The translations under genes were made by a program, and so were the position numbers. Positions 33,638 through 44,811 of a stretch of DNA of 64,000 nt are shown piece after piece. Origin of the DNA: Plasmodiophora brassicae (taxonomy: Eukaryota). Position 1 is the stretch's first letter; each line of letters opens with the position of its first letter. Location of the stretch: positions 124,001-188,000 of the forward strand of contig CP145428.1 of assembly GCA_036867785.1 (NCBI GenBank), written 5' to 3'. A model generated the notes under the pieces. The model did not search any database. It was not told the origin of the DNA and saw nothing but the letters and a program-made list of their open reading frames with translations.

Positions 33638-36340
33638 GGCAAATAAGGCGTCACTATTCCGAGGGGGGTCCAGCCATCGCCCTCCCCATCCCATGTGTCG
33701 TACTCTTGTCCTAATAGGGTGTCGTTAGCAATTGCCGATAGTACCGCCGTAGTTGTACTTGTGCATATGGCATCTCGTAGTAACGGAAATCCTGTCATTG
33801 CGTGCAGCAGAGGTGTTGGCGTGGAGCAGAACGCACCAGCATATGCTCTCATGTACTCATTGTATGCAATTTCTAACGGGCGAAGAACGCTTTTCATTTC
33901 TTTCCCAGTTTCCGCTCCTAGTATCGGCAGGTAGTAGTTTAGTTTCCCCCCAATGAATCCTTTGCATATTTGATGGTATGTCTTGATGGGAAAATTGTAT
34001 TTTAGGAGTGACCTGACTGCTCTGCACATTTGCCTGATATTGGCTGCTATGCCTGTGAGGCCGATCATCATCATCCCGCTTCTGTCTTCCTCATTTGCGC
34101 GCAACGTGATTCCCAGGTACTTAACTTCTGGGGCCGTCGTAATTCTGGTTTTGTTCGTCTTTAGGCAGTCATCTGGGCTATACTCATTGAAAAGTATCAC
34201 CGTTTTGTCCCAGTTGATTTTGATGTGATTGTCTTCACACCATTTCATTAAGGCTGCGTTCTTCCTACGCAAGATGCGTTTCACCTGTTTCTTTGTTTGT
34301 CCGGTTGCCCAAGGGGCGATGTCATCAACGTAGATGTTGCTAGTGTCTTCTTCAAGGGGAGCATCATATACATATATTGCCCATAGGAGTACACTCAGAC
34401 TTGACCCTTGTGGGATCCCGCTCGTTTGCTTTCGTTGTCTGGACGTGGTTCCGCGGTGTGATACTTCAAATTTCCTGTTTGAGAGCCATTCGTCAATTAT
34501 TAGTATTAGGTAGGGGTCAATTTGCATCCTTCGCAACTTTTCGATTAGCTTAACATGTTTCACTCTGTCGAATGCTTTTGTGAAGTCATAGAATATGGTT
34601 GCGAACTGTTTGTCTTTAACTGTCGCGCACCCCGCGTGGTGAAGTAGGCGTATCAGCGCCTGGGACGTGTTATGGGCCTCCCTACCCCCTTTCTGGTTTG
34701 GTGGTAGGTGTTTTTCGGCTTGGTGGCGTAATGGGGTTTCAATTATCGATTCGACTAGTTTGGCTAAGTTAGACAGGAGGGCTATCGGTCGGAATTCGCC
34801 TGGCTTTGCCTTCGGTAGGGGCCGGACTTTGGCGATTTTTAAGTCGTCTGGGAATTTTCCATCTTTGACGATGTCGTTGTTGATGGCTGCCAGGATATAT
34901 TCCGCTGTTGTTTCTTCTTCGCATGCTCTTTTGAGGAGCACGTTTGTGATGCCGTCTACTCCTCCGGCGGAACGAATTTTGGCTCGCTTCAGGGCTTTTT
35001 CAAGTTCTCTTCGAGTGATAGGTGTTGGCCTATTGCTTTCTTTCTCTGTTTGGAGAGCTTTAATTAACGCGTCGTGTTCCATCCTTTCTTTCTCTGTCGT
35101 TTCAAGGTCGTTATCGTCGTATATGCTGGTAAATTTTGTTGCTATTTCTTCAGCCTCCTCGTCGGCTCTTTTGGATTTGATTGTTCGTGGCGTTCGTTTG
35201 CTGTTAAGTTCAGGGTTGATCTCTCTTATTAGTTTCCACGTCGTGGCGCCTGTGGAGTCAGCAACCGCTGTCTCTGCCAGTTCAGTGTATCGTTGTACCT
35301 TGGCTGTTTTGTATTCTCTCAATACTTCAATGCTTTCATTACGGAGCGTTGTTTTCAGGGCCTCCATGTAGGCCTCAGGTTTTTGGTCTCGTCGCGCTTT
35401 TTGGAGTGTTTCTTTCGCCTGTTCTTTCCTGCGACAGGCGTCTCGGAGGCCTGTAGTCCAGAATTTGTGGTTTTCTCGGGGTGTTTCTTTATAAGCAGTG
35501 CTATTTCTGATTATGCTGCTTAGTTTGCTCAGGCTCGCTTCGGCGATGTTTTCGTATTCAAGCCATAAGGTGATGTTCTCGGTCGTAAGGTTGATGTCGA
35601 CTGTCGATTTGTGGTCATTTCCATCGAAAAGTGATTCGGGTTCGGTGATTGTTAGTGCAGTCTCCATAATCGTGAATTTGTGGTCGCTATCCAGGTCGGG
35701 ACCTAGCCTCCATGCAAGGATGTTTTCGCGCGCGTCACTATTGCACATGCCAATGTCAAGCACACTCCCTTTTTCCTCGTTAGCGGGGTCGTATCTAGTG
35801 GACTGCGTTATATCGTTCAGGACTTCGAACTCAATAAGGATTGGGTCTAGGTAGGGTCTTCGTGCTCTAACCGAGGCATCTAGTCGGCAGTCCCGTGTGT
35901 TGAGGTCGCCTGTGATGATTGTAGGTCTGTTTTCACTTGTGACAAGCCGATCTACTTCGTTCCAGTATGCTTTGCGTGTTCGCTGCTTAACGTCAGGGGG
36001 ATGTAGGGGTGTATGAGTAGCGTTTCGCCATTGATTAGGACCATTTGTGTTGTTATCCTTTTGTTTTCAAATTTCTGTAGCTGCTTCGCTTTGATTCGTT
36101 CTGCGTTTATGTTCTTTGTCCAGAATATTCCCGACTGGGTATTCAGGTCCGAGAATTCGTAGTTGGGGAAGTGGGCGATCTTCCTTCTAGGGCCTAGTTC
36201 AGATATGCATAGTATGTGGATTTTGTTCAGTTTCGCGAATTCTGCCAGTCGCTCAGCTTTGAGTGTAGTCAGTGTCCGGGCGTTCCACTGTCCGACGTTT
36301 AGCCGGTTCTGGTCAGCGTCTTGTGAATTTGAATCCTGTA
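33638..36340 (-). pseudogene. LINE ORF, endonuclease + reverse transcriptase portion (frameshift near 35990)
   Basis: ORFs 35952..37217 and 33634..35763 carry APE and RT motifs. The frame continues as LPKIMENT at 31189 once the YR element is removed. Confidence 0.88.
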
Positions 36341-37785
36341 GGTTGAGGTCGTTCATCTCTGCATTACTTTGGATGTACTCCAGTATAGAGGTCTGTCTAG
36401 CGTTATGTTTGTTCCTGGTTCCGTTGCCTGGTGGGGGGATTCTGTATATTGCGTCACGCGGTTCTTCCAATCTCTTGTTGTAGGGTGGGTTTGTTCCGGT
36501 CTTTTCGTATTCTACATTCGGCGTTCTTCGGGTGCTGTGCATGTCATTGTGACCACTGGTGTCGGGTGAGCAAGAGCAGTGTGTCACGGACGTCGTTGAG
36601 GTTCTGTTATAGGTTAGGGCGAGTGTGCCTCTATGAGTTCTATCTCTGTTATGGGTACTTCTTATATCGGACAGTCTTTCGTGCGAGGTTCTCCGAGCTT
36701 CTGGGGAACCTGTGGTTTCAGTTCTGCTAGTGGTTAGAGTGAGTTGGATGCTGTCGGTGGTGTGCGGGACTCGGTCCAACACTGTGGGGTTGGGCAGGTC
36801 TCGATGCGTCGAGGGGGGTCCGGAGAAGTGCGTCACGGACTTGGCAGCCGTGTTCGAGGGCGGGGGTCTGTCATGGGTTAGTAGATTGGCGTATGCGGTG
36901 GGCGGGCTAGCTCTTTTAGGATATGGGCATCGTTCACGTACTGATCTCAAGGCACCTCGGAGGTCAACGGGCGTGATACTGGGTGTGGTGTTTGGTATTT
37001 CGGTATATGTTATGTCGGTTTTCGGTATTTCGGTTTTTGGTGTGTTGTTCGCCAGTTTGGCAGAGTAGGCGCCACAGGCGCCTCCCACGACCTGAGTTTC
37101 ACGGAATCCCAGGTTGAGCCTCGGGCAACTTCCCTTGGCTGGGCCCTTCTGGTCGCAGACCGTCAGGGTGCCCTTCAGGTCACAGACCGTCAGGGTGTCG
37201 GAGAGGGCACGGCCCAATCCGGTGGGTGCGGCCAGGTCATTGACCCAGCGTGCGGCGAGCCGCCTGGTTTCCCACGCGAGGCGGGCGCGACGGGGGCTTC
37301 CACTATGGTGTCAGCGCCCCACGGGTCACGGACCCAGCACCGCGCTACCTCGCCGCGGCACCCTTGTCGTTCGCGCTTGTCCTCGCTGCACCGCCCTCCG
37401 CTCGACGTCGTCATCGCCACGGCATTTGCGTACTGAACGGTCGAAGTTAACGCCTTTGTACAACGCGTCACGTCTCGATATGCCACGAACTTCGATACCT
37501 CGTTACGCTCCACAGACTTCGAATGGGCATATATCGCTGGTGTTTGTAAAATCGAAGATACATCTAAAAGGATTCTGCTAGACATCGACAATATGTGGCG
37601 CAACGGTAGAAGTTCAGCTCTGACGTGTCCGACCACGCTAATTCTGACCCGGGATACGCTGGGCGTGCCGTACGCAGATTCCAGGTCGGTGTCGTCGAGG
37701 CATTCGGCAGATATCAAGTGGGTTCCCAGTCGTCAGACGAAATGACAGGGCATTCCTCCGATTTGAAAAAGTTCTTGTTTAACGC

Positions 37786-38240
37786 TGATGAAGACAATAA
37801 CGAAGTGATTTATTCCGACCGACACCGGCGCGAGACGGCGGCGACGTAACGCTACGTAACAGGGGCTTGCCAAGCCGTTACCGACAACTGCGTCAGTGGC
37901 GGGGCCTCTGCCGTGGACGTTACGCAGACGCGCACAGTCCCGGCGTCACCGTGTGCCGGTGGTACGACATGGTCCTTGACACGCCCCCTCCAACGGCACG
38001 CGGTTGCATGCGGAAGACGGTCGAACGGACGGGTGCCGGCTCGACCGTTGGCTCTGGATCATGAACAACACGGACTTGCACGTGCACATATGTCTTGGCT
38101 CGTTGACGCGGCACGAGACGGATCGTGGCGTAGCTAGAGGTGACATGGACGGCGCGATTTGCTGAGGCTGCTGTCGACGATGACAACGCAGGGCTCCGGG
38201 TCTGGCTCAGGACGACACCGACGCTGAGCGCGCCGGCGGA
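37786..38240 (-). mobile_element. TRIM family copy, partial (3' LTR 37786-37981 plus internal part), interrupted by Copia
   Basis: Reverse-complement match to the LTR, PPT and internal region of 21604-22552. Confidence 0.9.
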
Positions 38241-41200
38241 TGTCGAACTCCATATCCAGCAGCACACTCGTGCAGCACACCGACGCTGCCACGCACTCCG
38301 CAAGTCTGGTGTCAGCGCCGCCCGCGATGATGTAACGTGCACCGCGTCTCACGTCTACGACGTTGCCCGTCACACCCAATATCTTCGCTCTATATCCATC
38401 AATATATCTCACTCTGATTTCGTCGTTTCAGATTAACAGTCGTAACCGCGCTCTGGGCGTCTCGCTCGCGTCCAACGTCATGGCCGATCGCGGCCGAACG
38501 GCGGAATCAGATGTCCAAGATCTCGACTCGCAGCTCGCTGAGGCCGAGCGACAGGAGAAGATCGCGCGCATCGCATTCCTGCGACAGCAAACCGCATCGT
38601 ACTCCTGCATCGCCACGACGCCGACGACGCAGCCTCGCCCAACCATTGTGGACGGCGTAGAGCGTCCAGGTACAGATCGCGTGCCTCCACCTCGGTTCGA
38701 CGGCAAGCACGAATCGTTTGCCGCTTGGGCGCCCGCCGCCGCGTCTTGGTTTACCAACCGTGGATTCGCGGGAATTGTCGGCATCGATCTGGACGGATCG
38801 CCGACTCCGAGTATCCCCGATCTGGAGGCAACTGCTCGGGAGATACTCTTGTTTCAGATGGTCGACAAGACCGTTCTGATCGGCGACAACTTGCTGTACG
38901 CCGGTACATCGGCGCAATGCTGGCGCGCTCTCTTCCGCATGCTGCGACCTTGCACGTTTTCGTCGGTCATTCGTGCTTCTAAAGATTTGTTCAGTGTTCG
39001 ACAGCAAGCCGGTGAATCGGTCGCCTTGTACGCGGCTCGTCTGCAAGCCGCTGCCCAACTTTTCCGTACAACAGTCCCGAACGACATGCTTCACATGACG
39101 GATTCCTTCCTGGCTGTCCTGATGGCTGGCAACGCCTCATCAGAATTGGACACGGCCGCATCCAACCTGCACAGTCGTGGACTCGAACCGCGGCCTACTG
39201 TCACTGAGGTCGTGTCCACGCTCACATCAGAAGAGCAGCGCATTCAAGAGGCTCATGCTGACCGGGAGATATCGTTCGCAACGGCGAACAGTGCAAGCGC
39301 CACCGCACACCCGATCAAGGCTCCCGAACGCGATGGACTGTGCGTCCTACATACGACCTTGAGGAAGCCGCACACGAATGGCAACTGTTTCCTACAGCGC
39401 TCGTTGTGGCGGACGACATCGAATACATCGTCGCAACCTGATCAGTACGTCCCGGTTCGCGCCATGTCTGCCCGTCACCCCGCCGTAGACAACAGTTCCG
39501 TCGGCCTGCTCGATTCTGGATGTTCCACCACAATGACGCCCCTGCGCGAGCATCTCGGCGCTTACCGACATGTCGCCGGACCGACTGTTGAACTTGCAGA
39601 CCTGTCTCGTACGACCACTTCCGGACGTGGCGTGACGTCATTGGGCGCTGATCAGTCCCAGATGGCGCCTATCGATTCGCTGCACGTCCCACGACTCGGC
39701 CAAGCGCTCGTCTCCGTTGGACAGATCACCCGATCCGGGCACAAGATCGTCTTCGATGGGCCCAACGCGACTATCTATTCCAAGGACAACTGGACGTCCC
39801 CAGTCGGGACCCCGCTAGCGGTCAGCACGCGAGGAGCCGATAATCTCTACAGGATCGCCCTGCGTGCTCCCGCTGCCCCATCGTCAACTGAAATTTATTC
39901 ATCGGCTGCGCCCAGCGTGTCCTGCCGCGCCGCCACAGTCGCCTCCGCATCACCCGCCCTTTGGCACGAGCGCGTTGGACATCTCGGCTACGTCAATCTG
40001 CGTCTCCTGCAGCGCCGCTGTCGGGGAATGGCTTTCGATCAGCCCATTCCCAAGCTTCAGGATCGATGTCCATGCGAGGCCTGTCTTCTCACGAAAGGCA
40101 AGCGCTCATCGTTCCCTCCCAGTACGTCGCGAGCACGTCGCGTTAGCGATCTCGTCCACAGTGACCTCTCCGGGCGGTGGCCTGTCGTCGGTATTGGCGG
40201 TTTCGAGTATTACCAGACCATGCTGGATGATTCAACGCGCTACCTGACTGTCTACCTGCTCCGTCGGAAATCGGACGCCCTCGATGTCATCAAGCACTAC
40301 GATGCACGTCTACGCAATCAGGAGGGACGTGGCATTTCCGACTTACAAACAGACGGCGGGGGCGAGTTTAATTCCAAGGCATGCGTTACGTTCTACAATG
40401 AGTCCGGCATCCTTCATCGCAAGTCGGTTCCGTATACGCCCAAGCAGAACGGCCGAGCCGAAATTGTCAACTACAGCCTGTGCTGTATCGAAGGCGCTAT
40501 CCGGTGTCACGCGCGTATGCCCGATTTCACCTGGCCCTGGTCGCTCTCGTATTCTGCCGTCCTCTACAATGTCCATCCTCGATCCGTCCTTCCGGGGCGT
40601 CGCTCATCGTTCCAGGCGGCTCGCTTCGCTAAACCTGATGTCTCTTCCCTGCGCGTCTACGGCTGCGACGCGTACGCCATGCGCCCTCACCCCTCTTCGA
40701 AGAAGCCGACCAAGCTGGATCATCGTGGCGTTCGCGCTGTATTCATCGGCTTTACACCAGGGATGAAGGCATGGCGCTTCTATGACGTCGAACGAGGTGA
40801 CACATTCGAGAGCACGACGGCCGAATTCCTGGAAACGTCGTTCACCTTCGGCTTCAGGCGGTCGAACTCTGGTCTTGAGTCTTCACAGGCTGCGCCCGTA
40901 CTCGCCGCCAGTTCCCTGTCCACCGTTGCCGTTCTTACATCATCACCCGCTGCTGCCGACGCCGTTATCCCACCGCTACCATCAGCATCCCCCGTTCCGG
41001 TGTCATCCAATGTCGTGTCGTCTCCGTCATCTGATCGTCTTCAACCATCTGCGCATAACCATCATGCTCCCCTGCCTGATCTCGCCGGCAACGTCGGTCA
41101 TTCTGGTAACGACGCTGCTGTCGACGCTGATAACCACGACGGCAACCGCGCATCCAGCATCGTTGATGCCGACGTTAAGGACCATCAGGAGGCCGGCAAC

Positions 41201-41632
41201 GACGCTGATGCTGATTCTCCTGCTGACATGGATATTGACGCCGCTCAGCCGTCCGCCAACGACGGTGCTGATTCTCCTGCTGACATGGATATTGCGGCTG
41301 ATGCCGCCAACGATGGTGATGACTCTCCTGCTGACATGGATATTGCGGCTGATGTCGTCGCCGACGACGATGTTCTGGACATGCCGCATCCTCGTCGATC
41401 TACACGTCACCGTCAACCACCGGGCGAATGGTGGAAGGGTCCCGCGAAGGCAAACCGGTCCTCCACCCGGTGGGCGTCAACGGTGGACACCTGGTTCCAG
41501 CACCCAGTGCTGACAGCCCCAATTCAACGTCCGCCACGCCCATCGCGCCGCCAGATTCACCACTGGCAACAGGTCGAAGAACGCCGGCTCATCCGCGAGG
41601 CCATCCGATCCCATCGACCGGCCGCTCGTGGT
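38241..41632 (+). mobile_element. Ty1/Copia element 1: 5' LTR + gag-PR-IN, lacking RT/RH and 3' LTR
   Basis: LTR 38241-38430 (TGTCGA..TTTCA), PBS GATTAACAGTCGTA, ORF from ATG 38480. Motifs: PR LLDSGCSTTM, IN WHERVGH..CEAC, HSD, TDGGGEF, QNGRAE, KLDHRG. IN directly follows PR, which is the Copia order. Confidence 0.93.
41200..41375 (+). repeat. Coding tandem repeat (ND..DSPADMDI)x3 in the Copia post-integrase spacer
   Basis: GA(T/C)TCTCCTGCTGACATGGATATTG occurs three times. Confidence 0.85.
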
Positions 41633-41815
41633 TGAGAAAGACGATAATGGAGTGGATATATTACGTACGGCGTGTGCGGCGGACGTTACAGTGGCGACGT
41701 AGTCGCCGACGGTGTAACGGTTGCCAACGCCGGCGGGCACGGAGTCGCGGAGTGCGTGACGGCGTTCACGTGCTGCAGGCATGTGCTGCTGGTCGTAGTG
41801 GATACGTTGTTCGCA
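41633..41815 (-). mobile_element. Inverted LTR of a related Copia family
   Basis: TG..CA ends and patchy similarity (GCGGAGTGCGTG, TGTGCTGCTGG) to the reverse complement of 38241-38430 and to 45979-46186. The flanks do not form a TSD. Confidence 0.7.
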
Positions 41816-43760
41816 TGCCATGAACCATACGCCTTCAAAGCGTCGTGGAGGTCATGCACCGGTGACGGCGGCGTTTGGCATCCAACCGGAGAATCCTCTA
41901 GACCTGATCTGGGACTTGAAGGCTAGCGATTGGCGACCTGTGAATCCTGCGACCATTACTCAGCACATCGAGAAGATGAAGGACGATTTCGGCAACATAC
42001 ACAAGGATGTCGAGATGGGCAAAGAGAAGCGGCATCGAGCCAATGTCCAGCAGCGCAACAGGCAGCTGCGTCCTGGAGACGATGAAGCGTTCATTCCAGG
42101 TGACTACGTCTTGTGCGCACGACCGAACATGGGCCCGGGGAACAAACTGATCGCCAAGTGGAATGGCCCGTTCCGTGTGCTGCAGCGACTGAACGATCAG
42201 GTGTACCTGCTGTACGATCCTCTTCACGAGAAGGAGTTTCGGGCACACATCCAACGGATCAGACGATACGCTGATGGGAAGTTGAACATGACGGCGACGA
42301 TGAAGAAGCATCTTCAGCACTCGAATCACAAGCTCTTGGTGGAGAATCTAGCTGACTGCCGATACAATGCGAGCGAGAAGCGAATCGAAATCAAAGTGCT
42401 CTGGCAAGGATTCGAGGAATCGGACGCCACATGGGAACTGGCGGACATCATAATCGAGGACGTGCCAACGATGGCTCGTGATCTGTATGACCGACTGGGA
42501 GATGACCACCCTCAGGCGGAGGAGTTGCGAACACTGTTGAACTCGGCGGCGACGAACGGGAATCGCCAGCCTGCCTCGAAACGACGTCAAGCAAAAGGAG
42601 CGCGACGTCAGAGGACTAAACGACAACGGAATTGACGATATGATGATGAACCGGCTGGAACATGGTAAAGTAGCTGGTCGAAGGTTGCTAACCGTACATA
42701 GGCAACGAGGAACAACGACGCGAAAACGGAAAGGACGTCGATCGGACGCACGGTGCGCGGAGCACCTGCGTGGGCACGGGGCCCGAACCACTGGGCCCGG
42801 GACTCAGTCTGGGAACATTCAGCAAATTGGCCACTGAATGGGATCATGTACCAAATGGAAACCAACGGTACGGAACTCGCATATGCATGGGGAAACACTC
42901 CACCACAGTCGGATCCTAAAGATTGGACTTCGGCTAACCCTGGTAGTCAAACGGACGCCAGTCATCGGACTCCTAAAGATTGGGCTTCGGTGAACCGATA
43001 TCGGATGGGAACGGAACTAACTACGGATGCACATGGCTGGACGCGGTGTGGGTATTCGTGGTGGTTGAGAGCGGAACTTACTGGACGCAGTAGTGAGCTC
43101 ACAACCGGCGCTGATGTAGTGTGTTGGACGCAACTCACAGAATCAGTGCATGGGGAACGGGAACTGGAATTGGATGGAACTGGGTGCGAATTGGGAACTG
43201 TGGAATTGGAAATGGTGCCTTAATGTCGGCGTATGACCTGTCGTACACCACATGGGGACGGTTGGCTGGATCACTGGGAAATATGGAACGTTTGGTGACT
43301 CGCTGGAGTGATTTGGAAAGGATCGGTGCCTGTAACGAGGTGACCACCTCCCACGTGGGGGTGGATGTCGTCAGTATGGCTGAGAACTGTTAGCACTATG
43401 CTGACATGGTCCGGCGAATCTGATTCACTCAACTACGTCCTTATTGCGATGAGTCTAACCTCAAGAAACGGGCGTGACCAATCTGAACGCGCACACGAAC
43501 CAAGTAACGCCTACGTGTCGCACGAATGCAGCAACGAGCCTACGTATCTCTACGTCTGCATCCAGGTCATGTTCGGAAAAGGGTAGTGTAGACGGTGGAG
43601 CAGTGCAGCATGCCCTGTCGCAGCCAGAGATACCAAGAACAGCGTCTAGGAGAGGCAGCCCTAAGACCAGGAGAGTCCGTACGGCATGCGGGAAGGCCGG
43701 ACGGCAACGGGGAGAAGGATCAGGAGATCTGGGAACGAGGACGCTGAGGTTCTCTATACA
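41816..43760 (+). mobile_element. 3' fragment of a distinct Gypsy chromovirus (family G): IN C-terminus, chromodomain, long 3' UTR, putative 3' LTR 43587-43760
   Basis: ORF to 42635 with KLIAKWNGPFRV and IKVLWQGFEESDATWE. A purine tract GGAAAAGGGTAG precedes TGTA...TACA. Confidence 0.82.
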
Positions 43761-43769
43761 CGATCTATA

Positions 43770-44811
43770 TGACGCGGGACTGGCACTGGATGGCACCGCC
43801 GCGCGGGGCGCCGGCGGGCTCGCCGCCTCGAAGCGCGTAGAACGCCTACGACTGTTAATCTAATGAAGACGATAACGAAGTGATTTATTCCGACCGACAC
43901 CGGCGCGAGACGGCGGCGACGTAACGCTACGTAACAGGGGCTTGCCAAGCCGTTACCGACAACTGCGTCAGTGGAGGGGCCTCTGCCGTGGACGTTACGC
44001 AGTCGCGCACAGTCCCAGCGTCACCGTGTGCCGGTGGTACGACATGGTCCTTGACACGCCCCCTCCAACGGCACGCGGTTGCATGCGGAAGACGGTCGAA
44101 CGGACGGGTGCCGGCTCGACCGTTGGCTCTGGATCATGAACAACATGGACTTGCACGTGCACATATGTCTTGGCTCGTTGACGCGGCACGAGACGGATCG
44201 TGGCGTAGCTAGAGGTGACATGGACGGCGCGATTTGCTGAGGCTGCTGTCGACGATGACAACGCAGGGCTCCGGGTCTGGCTCAGGACGACACCGACGCT
44301 GAGCGCGCCGGCGGACAACGTTATCTTGAAAGGGGAGTGTTTCAAGCGATTGAGGCCCGTACGACTGGCGTACGCCTGGCGCTTACGTCCCGGCATTGGT
44401 TCTGGATTCCCGTAGGACGACCTGCCCTGCTAGCGCGATCTGCCTGGACTCTCTTGCGCGTGGCGCGGACTCGAGCGGGCGTTCGTGGCGTGTTGTGCAG
44501 AAGCAGGGTCAGGGCAGAGACGCAGTGACGCGGGACTGGCACTGGATGGCACCGGCGCGCGGGGCGCCGGCGGGCTCGCCGCCTCGAAGCGCGTAGAACG
44601 CGTACGACTGTTAATCTAATGAAGACGATAACGAAGTGATTTATTCCGACCAACATCGGCGCGAGACGATGGCGACGTAACGCTGTGTAACAGGGCTTGC
44701 CAAGCCGTTACCGACCACGGCGACAGTGGCGGAGCCTCTGCCGTGGACGTTACACAGTCGCGCACAGTCACAGAGTCACCGTGTGTCGGTGGTACGACAT
44801 TGTCCTCGACA
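43770..44811 (-). mobile_element. Tandem TRIM array (LTR 44617-44811, internal, shared LTR 43861-44056, start of a second internal region)
   Basis: Both LTRs are followed on the minus strand by PBS GATTAACAGTCGTA. The middle LTR is also preceded by the PPT. Confidence 0.9.

Larger units (their letters stand above)
19311..37330 (-). mobile_element. LINE (non-LTR retrotransposon, APE-RT-RNase H-CCHC; Ingi/I-group-like), ~5.7 kb split into four pieces: 19311-19749, 26577-27053, 30084-31189, 33643-~37330
   Basis: APE RLNVGQWNARTL..ILCISE (~36300), RT FYDFTKAFD / GIPQGSSLS / YVDD, RNase H IWTDGS and HFIPSH (30500-31000), and C-terminal CPACG..ETIEHQLLHC (~26800). The 3' tail is (TAAAC)n at 19311-19333. 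Pieces rejoin across the duplications of the inserted elements. Several frameshifts; 5' end approximate. Confidence 0.9.

Noticed and set aside
37340-37785. Unassigned segment (also 18600-19310 and 59679-59982) as a host gene or as the LINE's TSD partner
   Set aside because: No TSD matching the LINE 3' flank was found and no protein family was recognised.
43322-43480. TPP-riboswitch-like words (CGGTGCC...GGCTGAGA...CCG..GAATCTGAT) around the shared motif
   Set aside because: The P4/P5 half (TAAT loop, GCG-AGG) does not fit, and the LINE copy lacks TGAGA. A cmscan against RF00059 would settle it.
43835-43860. tRNA-Asn gene
   Set aside because: Only the D/anticodon part is present and it abuts an LTR, so it is the complement of a PBS.
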